Positions 14,201-26,187 of a stretch of DNA of 64,000 nt are shown piece after piece (position 1 is the stretch's first letter; every line of letters begins with the position of its first letter). The stretch lies in assembly GCA_964247055.1 (NCBI GenBank), contig OZ176055.1, forward strand, positions 2,976,001 through 3,040,000, written 5' to 3'. Origin of the DNA: Paragordius varius. Taxonomy: Eukaryota > Animalia > Nematomorpha. The position numbers were made by a program, and so were the translations under genes. The notes under the pieces are model-generated. The model ran no database searches. It was not told the origin of the DNA and saw only the letters and a program-made list of their open reading frames with translations.

Positions 14201-15714
14201 ACTGCATAACCATAATCGACAATTTTATTGGTGTTAACAAATATAAAAACTACGCTTTGGGCGGTGTTTTAGTTTATTTCCACATCAATAAACACATTTT
14301 GCATAATCAAAACAGACCCTTTTGATCAGTCTCGTTTTATCTTGAAGAACAGTTTTTGTTTGATTACTTCCAAAACGTTAAATTATAATATACTGTTTTG
14401 CAAATCCATGTATAATATATTAAATAATTTTGACAAAAAAACCAAACAGGCGAATATTAAAGCAATAAAATAGCATATAATCATCCAATAAGTAAATTCT
14501 TGGAAAAGGGTGTTAAGACAATCACAGCAGATGATCGAAATCAGTATTTTAATAGAACGAAAACAACATGGTGAACGGTGCAGAAGGCATGCCATATATT
14601 CATAATTAATATTGTAAAATACCAATAAAAAATAAATTAATCATATGACATATAACTATGTATTATAATTCGAGCATTTCTATTTTCGATTCATTTACTT
14701 TTTACTCTATGATTCTATCGTATGTTAAATGTTAAAAATTTTGGTGTTTAAAAAGATACATATACTCTAAGGTTTTTATTTTGACTTGTTTGCAGTTAAT
14801 ATTTGTATGATCTATATAAAATATTTAGAGTTAATAAACTCAGCTAAATATTTGAAAACATATGGTTGTAGATGAAAAAAATTGATCATAAAAAATATTT
14901 AATATAAATACTTAAAATGTTATGGTTATAAAATGTTTGAAAAACAATTTAATTAAATGTTGATATAAAAATAATGAAATTCAACGTAATTTAACTAATC
15001 ATTAAAATAATATTAAATGAATACTTAATATTAACTCTCGTAAAATTATACAATTTTATCTTTGATTAAAAAAAGGTTTTTGCGTTTGCTTGAATTGTTT
15101 TACTAAAAAAGAGTATACGTTTAATAATTTATAATATCAAAATCCTTTATTAAAAATATTTATGTTTTATGTAAAAAGATGCGTATGAATATAAGGCAAT
15201 ATATCCATAACCTACACATATAAAATAAATATTTTTACCCCTTATTTATCAATTTTATTGTGTTTTAGGCTGTTTTTAGTGTGAACCCAGAAACAGGATT
15301 GACCTTGATAGAAAGAGCCAAAGAATTTACGGTTGAGGATATAGTTGAAGCGACTCAGGCATCATTCCAAGTATTTTTTTTTATTTTTAACTAATTTAAG
15401 TTTTTACCCTTTAGAGTAAAAATTTTTAATACAAAAAAACGTAAAAATTTACGGCAAAAACTAAAACTTTTAAACATCGATTTTTTTAAATACAACCTAT
15501 CGAAATAAGCATCAGAGATATAAATTGGTAACATACTCAATAAAAGTGTAATTATATAGCTTATGTAAAAAATTTGAGGTTTTAAAAAGTATGGCTGTCT
15601 TTTATAAATATATATTTGTCTCTTATATACATTTTCTCTTTTTTAATATAATTTTTTATTGTGATTTTGCTATATATTTAGGTTTCACCCGATATCAAAA
15701 TTATGGAGGATTAG
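2218..15714 (+). CDS. OXCT1: Succinyl-CoA:3-ketoacid CoA transferase (SCOT), 14 exons
   Basis: Exons 2218-2377, 2407-2540, 2567-2659, 2856-2919, 3807-3895, 4072-4239, 4735-4842, 5294-5408, 5954-6075, 7532-7693, 11578-11706, 12574-12654, 15269-15370 and 15682-15714, all GT-AG and in phase. Motifs [35 protein letters not shown], catalytic [13 protein letters not shown] and [19 protein letters not shown]. Confidence 0.96.
6300..6530 (-). pseudogene. Degenerate non-LTR retrotransposon AP-endonuclease fragment in OXCT1 intron 9
   Basis: Minus-strand translation [17 protein letters not shown] resembles the RTE-type APE motif (YTFFWSG..E..GVG); it is interrupted by stops. Confidence 0.4.
7964..10392 (+). 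mobile_element. Buster-type hAT DNA transposon (2429 bp) in OXCT1 intron 10; transposase frameshifted
   Basis: Perfect 8-bp TSD gtctagag (7956-7963 and 10393-10400) with central TA. TIR cagtgatactca / tgagtaccactg. Transposase pieces 8356-10166 contain a BED-like [39 protein letters not shown] and [12 protein letters not shown]. Confidence 0.95.
11769..12062. repeat. Diverged tandem duplication, unit about 150-152 bp, in OXCT1 intron 11
   Basis: agacaaa..ttttatatctttaattttgt starts at 11769 and 11921; ggcatagagatgtaaatggtaac and ttaggtcgtt recur about 150 bp apart. Confidence 0.85.
13039..15116 (-). mobile_element. Degenerate IS630/Tc1-like element with TATAC-type ends in OXCT1 intron 12
   Basis: Minus-strand remnants: HTH-like [23 protein letters not shown] (ORF 13963-14172), [28 protein letters not shown] and YDNATIHK. 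Ends tataccatttttcgg..ttcaagcaaacgc (13039) and gcgtttgcttgaattgtttt..gagtata (15116) are degenerate inverted repeats. About 21-bp subterminal repeats at 13068-13125. Confidence 0.7.
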
Positions 15715-15959
15715 AATTGGATAGATCGATTATTTTATCAAATAAGAAATGCAATTACTTTATAATTTATAAGTTGGTGGCTTTATTATATCAAACCATA
15801 TATAAATAATTATTTATTTGCATTTGAATAAATTTTGATATTATTGCTCAGGACTATATATATATATATTGTTAAATCATGGTCGAAACTGGTAAACAGT
15901 TTTATAAGATTTTGATAATATTCTAATAACCATGATGATGGATTGATAATATTTATTAT

Positions 15960-17708
15960 TTAATGATGGAATAATTGTTTAATTAATTTACGTAAAATAT
16001 ATTTAAGCTGTGAAAAATTAAATTTGCTTTCACTCTTAAGAGTATTAGCGGGTGTGTTATCGGCGCTATTTTGAGTTTTATGATTCTGTTTTTCTTTCCA
16101 CTTTTGCAGAGCCGCGTATATAAATTGTTTGACGTAACTCCTATACTTTTCAGCTTCTTCTGGCGTTAAATGGATTCGATATTTATCAATTTTACGCGAA
16201 ATATCACTATCCGGTGGTAACTGATATGGTGGAGTGTCATTGGTTCCTTTATATCTAAAACAGATTTTAGAGTAAGTGATGCAATCATTAGCAGAATTAT
16301 TAATGAATTTTTGTTAGAATCTAACTTTGTCGAATTAACAAAATATAAAATTATGATATAAATTAAAATTAGTCATGAAAAAAATATTAATTATTCTTGT
16401 CTAACAAAATAATGAGTAAAAAATGACGAAATTAAAATATTTAATAGTTATCACAAGAATTTTTTCACTTTTAACCGCGGTTCAATTAGTAATGTACACT
16501 AAAAATATTATGATTATTAACCTTGTCCTGAATTATTTAATAAAATTTATGGACCTATTTTGTATTTTGGTTACCTTAGATGTAGTTATTCTGTAAAGCC
16601 TAAACTACTGAACATTTCTAATAATTTTAGGAACAAATTAAATTATACTTTGAAAACTCCATTTTTAATGGATTCTAATTGTTAACTAAAATTAAAAAAA
16701 TGTGATAATTCATCTTGTTTAAAACTTTAATCTAAAATTTTAGATATTTAGAAAAAAGGAAAATTGCTTTACGCTTCATTACTTTTTCATTTTTTATATA
16801 CAATTACATTCTGGGGTAGTTTTGTAGCACAGTTTGAACTTGTCAATAAAATACTCTTTTAATTGTTTAATTGTTTTGGTTCAAATTTTATTATCAAATA
16901 TTGTTTTCCTGCATCACATAGAACATATTTTTCAGTTATCTAACTTCTAGCCAAAATTAGGAAAGCTTCGAAACCCGAACGAAACAAACAGGTGATTATA
17001 AAATAAATGCCAAAAAAAGCTCCTAAAATGTAATTTGAAAGCTTTTAAAGTAAAATATTTATGTTTTATCCATGTCATCGAAACGAAACAAATTTAAATT
17101 GATAAGGAGACATATTAAGATTAATTTATTGGATGTTAAGATAATCTATTTTTGTTGTGGGATTCGTTATAAGACACTATCTCTTCTGATCTCAAGCAGG
17201 ATAAATAACTTGTTAAACGGTCAATCTTTCAAAAAAATAAAATACTGGGGCAAGTCATCTGCTTAGAAAAATTTCGAAACCCTAATAATGCGCTACAATG
17301 TCAAGTTATATTTGGAAAATACACTTTTATCTTTCATATTTAAACTGCTTCTTCATTATAAAAAACAAAAATTAAACTATATAAAATAAATTAACTATCT
17401 AACTTAATGAGATTATCATAAATCATATCCACATATTTTTCTAGATTAGTGTCATTATTTGAGGGTTGAACGGTTGTTTGACCTAAGTTGTTGTCATTTG
17501 TTTCGCTTTTTACAGCATCTACATTTTCAATATTTTTGTCCATATTTTGGATCGGATTTTCATCGATTAATTTACTACGTGTTGTGTCCTCTTTTAAATT
17601 GTTATTTTGTGGATTAATTATAGCTTGGTTAGCTAAAATGTTTGAAAATATTATTCCTATCCATAAAATCTTAGAATACGATTGTGTAGATATTATGATG
17701 CGAATCAT
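15960..17708 (-). CDS. Putative orphan multi-exon protein (hydrophobic N-terminus, N/D-rich stalk, possible TM exon, charged terminal exon); exon chain not fully resolved
   Basis: ORF 17391-17708; candidate exon 17022-16945 (AFFGIYFIITCLF); stop-free terminal exon 16254-15960 after a tttag acceptor (YKGTNDTPPYQLPPDSDISRKIDKYRIHLTPEEAEKYRSYVKQF..). No family recognised. Confidence 0.35.
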
Positions 17709-18415
17709 TTTATTGTGAAATTATATTTGTGTATAACACTACCAGTGTGTTTAAACAAGTGCCATTTGTATTCCTTCCATATATGTTTAAAAATTGAAAA
17801 ATCAATAAGTTATTTGGTGATATCTAATTGTATTTTAACAAATTTTATAATTATATTTTTTAGCAATGAAAAAATTTATTCCCTATAAACATCAATACTT
17901 TTTGGGGGCAATTTAAAATTAAAATTTATACAATTATCCATGCTAACTTTAAATACAAGGTCGAAAATTTTAAATGTATTAATATATTTTTAACTATCGA
18001 GATGGTGTATGGACAATATTCCCATTTTATTAATTTAGTAAAAAAATTAAAAAATATAGTTTTAGAAATGAAGTAATTCCTTACCTTTAGTGTCGCTTAT
18101 TGAAACATTCGCAATGAATTGACTAATTTATCAACTAACAAATCGGAAATTGGTTAATTAATCTTTAAACAAAAGATCTAAAAAAATGAAGAACCTCGGG
18201 ACAACATGTAAAATTAATTTTTATATGTTTATTTTTAATTATAGCCATAGATCAATATTATTTAAACGAGCTAATTTAATATAAATATCAATAATTTGAA
18301 AATTTATGTTAATTTCCCTGATCACATCCCTAAATAGAAAATTCACCATATAATCAATTAATATTAAATGATCAATTTATTTAAAGTAAAAATATCATCA
18401 AATGACACATGTTAA

Positions 18416-21400
18416 TTAAGGTTTGAATATAAGCTCCTTGCGATAATACTGTTTATGGACGGCTTTGATATACAATATGACATGAGTCTCAACTTTCATA
18501 GTAAAGTTCTCCAATGAAATTGTTTGTTTAGTCTGTAAATTATACAGACAAAATTTAAACAGAAAAACATATAAACAATTAATATTTTCTTTTTTAATTT
18601 ATGGATAAAGAATAAAATAGTAAGAGTATTATATGTTTCCATATTGTAAAAATATAGTTTGTGTAGACGCAAGGTTTACAAAAGACTTGTTTACAAAAAA
18701 TATTTGTTTTTAGTTTTTATGTTTTGTCCGCATATTTTAGATTTTTACTCTATGATATATGGACTAAAAATTCATGTAAATTTCTAATATAAAAAGTAAA
18801 AAATATATTGTATTTTTGGAAATATTGAGATATAACACTGTACGGCAAAAATGGGGATCAAAAAATGATGGTTAATAAAACATATATCAATCGATAGCTA
18901 AAGGCTTCCGGATATGAATATCGAAATAATATATGCGATTAAAATACTGGAAAAAAGTTATTTAAATTTTTCTGTTAATAGCCAAAATTAAAAAAATCAC
19001 ATTTTTATCTCACATAAAATAAATTTAATGTAATAGATCAAAACTGTCAACTAAATTTTATTTGTGTTAAAATAGCATGAGTAAAATTTTAAACGCAAAT
19101 ATTATCAACAAAGATTTGACACGTTTTCGGAGGGTAGCAGAAAGATTTAATAGAATATAAGCTAAAATCGCATCTTGGCGTCAAATTTGAATAATAAAAA
19201 CTATTTAATATGCGGTAAAAGATTTTAATTTTTATTAAGACAATCATATATTTACTCTATATATAGAGGTTATCCAATATATCGCCTTCAAAAATATCTT
19301 ATATAAAAAAAATCGATAATTTGCATCTAATCGGATGCCTATATTTTTTCAAAACATCCAATATATATTATAAATACATTTTCCAATTTGATGAAGAAAA
19401 AGGATCTATCATCTCAGATTTTAATTTAGAAATTTTTTTCCGGAAAATCTGATTATATAATTTTGGCGTCATTTTAACGTTTAAAACCTGCTTTAGGCAT
19501 AAAAATACCCCAAATTAAGAAACTGAGTCGATAGATCTTTTTTGCATTAAATCGTAATCAAAAGATATTAATAATATAAATACATATATTAAATATTTTC
19601 TAATAATACGCAGCTTCCGCTTCGATGCAAATATTCAAAAAAATTTCTCTTTTATATAAGTAATATTTTTGAAGGCATTGGGTAAACTCTCTATATAGAG
19701 TTAATATATGATTGATTTAATAAAAAATAAAATCTTTTACCGCATGTTAACAAGTTTAATTATTCAAATTTGGCACCAAAGTTTTATTTAGCTTATATTC
19801 TTGTAAATCTTTCTGGAAACCTCCGAAAAAGTGTTGCTTTGTTGATAATATTTTGCGTTTAGAATTATCATTATTAAACTCATAAAATTTAGTTATCGCG
19901 TTCTCATCTATTGTATTTAATTTTATTTGACCTAATGTGCAATAAAAATGCGATTTTTATATTATGGCTAATAACAGAAAATTTAAATAATTTTTTTTCT
20001 AGTTTTCAACCACATATATCATTTTCATATTCATTATCTTGGAGCTTTTAGCTATCTAATGATATATGATTCAATAATATTTTTTTTCTTACCCTTTGTA
20101 AAAATGTGGCTTTGAAATTCATTTTTAAAGTTTTTTAAAATTTTTTAAACCAGATCAATTAAACAATAAATTATATTACCCTAATCTCGAGACGTTTAAC
20201 ATATGGCAAATGATTGTCCCTATTTTGAAGTTCAATGGATAATTTTTTTATATGATACAAAGGTCCCAGGATTCGAAATGAAATGGCTAATGTTTTGTTT
20301 ACCACACACACATTAAAATCTTGTATGTATGGATCACCTATATAATTTATAACATGGTGCGAAAAAATATATGCATAAGATCGTATCAAATAACTAAAAG
20401 AAAAAATCTTAATCTTTTGTAAAATAATCAATCACATTCTGTTTGAGTCAATGTGACACCAAGTTTTTTGTAAAGAAGTGTTGATAATGTTGAGCACACC
20501 CAAGCTTTTTAACTCACTTTACTCGGCCTTATAAACCTTATAACTTGTTTATTTCGTTTTTAGTGTCTATAAAACATTTAGATTATATTTACGATAGCTT
20601 ATTACACCTTAATGGCAGGGCGAAACTTTAAACACTCCCTCCCCTTCCCTTTCGAAAAAAACTAAAAAGGGGGTCTGCATGTGGTCACCTAATGTGCGAT
20701 ACTATAGGCTTGTTTGTAATAAAATATTTTAAACATTTATAGTACGGTTGTTACACGATGATATTTTTAAAATAGATTTCGCTATAAATTTTCCTATTAA
20801 TTTCATATATTTGTAATTGATTTAAAATTAAACTATGACCAGAATATCTATTTATTAGCGGTGAAACGGAAACAGGCAGTGATATCGTAACTTCTGCTCT
20901 TATAGTTTAGAACGGTTAGGAATTAAGATCGTAAGAACCGCTTTTAGTTAACTCAGTTTTATTATTTTCTCGCGGATAGCTAAAATTATAAATTGATGTA
21001 TGAAAGTGTAAAAATCCAAAATGTTATCAAATTTTTGTTCATTGTATATTAATTTACAGTTAACAAATTTCGTAAAACAACATAATTATTGCGTGGTATA
21101 AATTGATTGATTATGACTGTAAAAAACTGCATGCACAAGCGGTCAGATTAGTTTTTTTATCCTTTTACATATATAATACATAATATTATTTATCGTTTAC
21201 CTTTCATTATAAGTCGCATCCGCCGATCGACTAAAAAAATTAACCGATATAACTTATACTTATAAAATGGTCACAGTGAGTGAATATATGGTAATTTATT
21301 TGGCTCATATTTCCATAATGGGTATCCAGGCATAATGTATAGTTACAATTTGGCCCCATTTCATGAAGCTAAAAAATTCAATGAATATATTTCACATGGA

Positions 21401-23389
21401 AGTTTTCAAAATATCCTTGAAATCGGACTTTGGTGTGTAAAAGTATTGAAAATTTGTTTTATACCTAAATGTAACTAAATTTCGATCATTTTTTTGGATA
21501 AATGAAATTTTTACGAATTTTATACGATAAAGGATTGATTTTGAAATAGCGATCCTATGAAACATTTTTGCTCAAATATATTACAAACGTATCACATTAA
21601 TTGGCAGTAAATATTAAATATTAAATTATATATTTTAACTCCATAAATTATTAAGTTCGTAATGTTTTATTACATAAAAATTTTTTATATTAAATATATA
21701 TTATGGAATGTTGGCGCGGAAAAATTAGCGTTAGATGGTAATTGGTTATTTGAGATTTAAACAAAATAGTTAATCCCAAAACTAAGGGTGTTTATTTCGA
21801 ATGGCGTGCAGGCCGCATTTGAATTTTTATATAAAAATTTTAAATATCGGTTTTTTAATGTTACATCAGTGCAAAATTTTACCATGGTCTCGATTCCTCC
21901 CATATATAAAAATTTAATTTTAAACAGGCCTGGGGTATTTAACCACCCCAATTTGAATCGAAGGACTAAAACGAATGTGTTGTATCCATGTGTTAAAAGT
22001 TATTATTTTAGCATTTCAATTCAAAGGGTTCCAGACTAAATTTGAATTAGAATTTTTAAAAAACTACTGAAGGATCTTAATTTAAATTTATGCTTTTATC
22101 CTAATAAAAATTATATAAATATGGCAAAATATCTAAATAAAATTTTGTTTTAAAAAAAAATTCCATGTCAAACTAGTTCGACGCCAATTTTATTTTACTA
22201 ATTTTTGCATTGTCTTCATCTATATTTAAGGGAGAAATTAAAATTAATTTTTTATTTAAATTACATCTAACATTGATAGAAATGGAAAAAGCTGTTTATT
22301 TTGCATTATTTTTCAATTTTACCATTGCGCACGTTGACTAAATTTTTACCTTTCGGTTTTAGCTTAAAATAAGTTATATCAAGTTTTTTTGAATAGCTTT
22401 TTTTATATATATTTCGGTTTATTAATGTTATATAGTTGCAAATGCCATGGTTTTGATTCCTTCCATTTTTTTAAGAATTTAATTTTAAACAGGCTTGGGG
22501 TATTTAACTACCCCAATTTGAATCAAAGGACTAAAATGAATGTGTTGTATCCAAGTGTTAATTTAAAATCATATATTATTATATGTCAGTATTGGCGGCA
22601 AAAAGTTTGTTATAAGGATCTAATTTACATTTTTAGAATAAGGCGTCGAAACAAAAGGTAATCTCTATGTTAAATGTATCATCTCACAGACAAAGCAATT
22701 AAAAAACATTAAGTATTTTTAATAATAAACTTTTAATAAATTATCGTTTATAGTTCCGTTGAGAAGCGTAAAATAAAGAGACTTGAGAAGTGTGTAGTAA
22801 ATACGATAATTTGTTAAGGTTGTGAATGCATTTGGCATTAGTAATGGAGGTATAATCTGTACATTAACTATGTAAGGGTTTTGATAACGAAAACGATCCA
22901 ACGAAACCGTATATACAGCTCGACCCTGATAGTATTTGAAGGTGGTTGATTCATTGACACATTTATTAGGTATTCCTAATGTATTATTATATGGCATATA
23001 ATTTTTTTTATTAAAGTACTTATTAAAACTTATGGAATTTAGGCAAGATTTTTATTTGGTACAAAATACTATAACTGTAAAATTACTGATTTGCATATGA
23101 CCATGAATGCCTGCTGTTTATAAGCGGTCAGTCGGGTCATTTTTTACAAGTCAAAAATCCAACCCTAAATAAATAAAATTTATAATATAAAATGGTTTTT
23201 CCCAATGAAACTTTAACATTAAAAAATACCAAGGTAAACTTTATAAAATTAATATACATATTTTTTTTACTTTATTAACTCAATCAAAAATTTTCTATGC
23301 TTAATCTTAATAATATAAACATACAAACATATCAAAAATATACTTGTTGTTAAACATATAACTGGAAACATAATTAGAATGAATTTCAT
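18416..23389 (-). CDS. Putative secreted protein with fibronectin type III-like segments (not in the ORF track as a unit)
   Basis: Phase-consistent exons 23389-23344 (MKFILIMFPVICLTT, signal-like), 22975-22731, 22664-22629, 21368-21260 and 21230-21201; later exons 20393-20180 and 18532-18416. FN3-like patterns VQIIPP..LTNYRIYY and NLHEMGPNCNYTLCL. The middle linkage (21200-20394) is unresolved. Confidence 0.5.
18860..20095. mobile_element. About 1.2-kb foldback (near-complete diverged palindrome centred near 19470), intronic
   Basis: Arm pairs: gatagctaaaggc/gcttttagctatc, atgcggtaaaagatttt/aaaatcttttaccgcat, ccttcaaaaatat/atatttttgaagg and atctatcatctcag/ctgagtcgatagat. No ORF. Confidence 0.8.
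21850..22561. mobile_element. Two adjacent partial copies of a TTAA-flanked piggyBac-like MITE (right ends at 21996 and 22561)
   Basis: The terminal block acaggc(c/t)tggggtattt..ccccaatttgaatc..ggactaaa..gtgttgtatcca(t/a)gtg-TTAA occurs twice. 22030-22560 is colinear with 37695-38248. Confidence 0.7.
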
Positions 23390-24163
23390 AGTGCTTGAAA
23401 AAACAAATTGTATTATAAAAATTTTTTATTCAGCATAATTTATTTATATGTTTAATTAATGAACCTTGATTTTTACCAGCTTTCAAAATTGCTAATTAAA
23501 TAACCTTTAAATTATAAACAAAATCAGGAGCAATGTAACATATACATTTTAAAACTGGGGGTTTATGAATGACATTGTTTAACAAAACTGAGAACCAGGA
23601 TTGGATGCGATTTAACACTTTTAATTATAATGTACAATTTTTTTTACCTCAAATCGACACTTGAGAATCTCATAAAATACATATGCTCTTAAAAGATGGG
23701 ATCAAGCGATGAAACTTCTGTTCTAATTACCAAATTATTTTTCAAATTTCTTTAAGAAAAAATTCAATTGAAAAACGGTAAATGCCTTTTATAGAGAAAG
23801 AACCAAAAAATTGAAAAACCAAACGTAAAAATATGGGATTTTAAAATATAAAATAGTATTTGGACATGAAACTCAATAGTAGTAATAATCCAATTTATTA
23901 AGTGTATTTATTATATCGTTGCCATTATACCCTAATTGCGAAAATGTTATTGGACTAAACTAGAAAACATCTATTATATAAACTCAAATTTAATCTTTTT
24001 GATGTTGAAAAATTGTTTCACGCCATTCAAGATATTTAATTTTTAATCATTATTTTATTAAAATGAAAAACATTATCATTTTTACAATTTTATATATAAA
24101 ATTTTAACGATAATTAGAGGAAACATTACATATGCACATATAAAATACAGAACAATCTATATA

Positions 24164-26156
24164 TTATGTAATATTATTATTGCTATTGTTAAAGAAGTGA
24201 GAACTTCCAGGTTCATCTATTACACTCATATTATTTGTGCTGTTTTGAATTTTATTTGGGCTCCTTAAGGGTGATGTTACACGTTGATTTGGTATGGAAC
24301 AAGTACTTTTAAAATTTGAAAGTTGATTGCTAAATTCTTCAATTTCCATTTGACTGCCAACTAAAGAGTGCGCATGTGAACTAATATGTGATACCTGTTG
24401 AGATATGGAGTGCTCTGTGTTAGTAACATCAGAAAAATGGCTTAAATGAAACGAGGGGATTTCATTCATTTTATTGGATGGATCAATAATCTTGGATTTA
24501 TCAATAACGTTTAATTTGTTTCCAGTAGTATCTTGTGTTAATATCTGACTATTTTCCAAGATAGTCTTATTTGTAACATTTGATCCCATATTCCGAGGTA
24601 GGTTAAATTGTTGTATATGCTTGAGATGTGCATAAAGTGCATTTTTTATTTGAGTATCATCCCTATAAACAGTATTCTTTGGGTAATATGTATTAGGTTC
24701 ATTTTTTGGCGTTTCCCTTTCCTCTGGAATGATTGCATTTATGAGGGAATGGTTTTTCATAAAACTTGAACGGTTAAATGATGAAAAATTGTTTGATGTA
24801 TTGTCCTTAGATTGTTGAAATAATAAACTTTCACTATGTTTTCTTTTAGCGGATGGATTGTGTTGAAACGATTCATCCAAGTAGGGAGTAGTTAAAAAAG
24901 AATACGCTTTTGTGGTACTTCCATTGTATTTGTCATCCATATATGCTAAAACACGATTTCTATCCTGAACTAATTCGTTTGAACCATCTAACAATGTATA
25001 TGTAATGATTTTATTAAATATTTGTCTGAAAGCCACGCATTATATATATTTTCAATTAAATTTAATTGTGATTATACATAAAATTCCTAACGTTCAAGAT
25101 AACTTCAAGCAAAAATTAATTGTAAAACCTTATAAACACTATGTTTTATATTAAAAACTATAATTTAAACCATAAATTATATATAAAGTATATACCAAAA
25201 CCAATCCCATGTATTCCAATATGGTTTTTCGATTCTATCGTGGCAGCGAAATCCAAATATTTTAAGCATTCAATTCTTTTCCCCATAGCTTCATAAGCCT
25301 AAAACAATAGTTAGTTAAATTATTAAAAACAATTTTCATAAAAATTATTTTCTCGATTTGGCATAATATGTAACATACATTTTTACAATATACAGAACCG
25401 TTCCCCTTATAATGAACCCAAATTGTGGGAAAAAATATATGGTTCAATAACCGCGTTATGACTCCTTTTGAAAAAAATCAAAAATTGTTTTAAAACCAAT
25501 TGATATTTTTTAATGAAATATAATATTTAATATCATCATTATACAAATATCATTATAAAAATTAAAAAAATAATCAAATTTACTTTTTTATCATTGTTTT
25601 TGGCATATTATAAGGGAAGGGGCGGCAATATAAATTAAAAAATATATGTAAATTAAATACGTTTGCCACTAAATGGAAAATTTTGCTTTCGCTCTGTTCT
25701 GTTCTTAGCAATTCTTTTAACAGCTTGAGAGCTTGGTTGGGTTGTCTTATTTTGAGTAAGAGTTGAGCCTTATAGTACCTAGCTAAAATTTGTTTTGGAT
25801 CAATGGTCAAACTTTTATCAAGGTTTTCCATAGCTTTCCCGTAATCTCGCGTTTGATAATATACCTAAGAAAACATATATATATAAGGTAAAAGTAAATA
25901 TGTATAGCTGATTTTTTATTATACGGTGTGATAGTTAGTGATAAAAAGGAGAATTATATGCTAAAAAAGTACATTTTTTTAAGCACCAACCTTAAGGCAA
26001 TCTTATGTAAATGTATCTATCAAAATTAAAAAACAGTACTAATATTTATTTTATTACTCATAATATGAATTAGGGAATTTTTAAAAAATTAAAAATTCGT
26101 GGGTAAAAAAATTGTAAGATAATAATGTAATTTTAAAGTGTTTAAAATTATTATTT

Positions 26157-26187
<31 letters not shown>

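Noticed and set aside
14383-14625. Cys-rich hydrophobic ORF
   Set aside because: It lies inside a decayed TE, has no motif, and hydrophobic ORFs arise easily in T-rich sequence.
2218-15714. SCOT repurposed as an acetate:succinate CoA-transferase
   Set aside because: The active-site regions ([18 protein letters not shown]) look like ordinary animal SCOT; the sequence alone gives no evidence of a specificity change.
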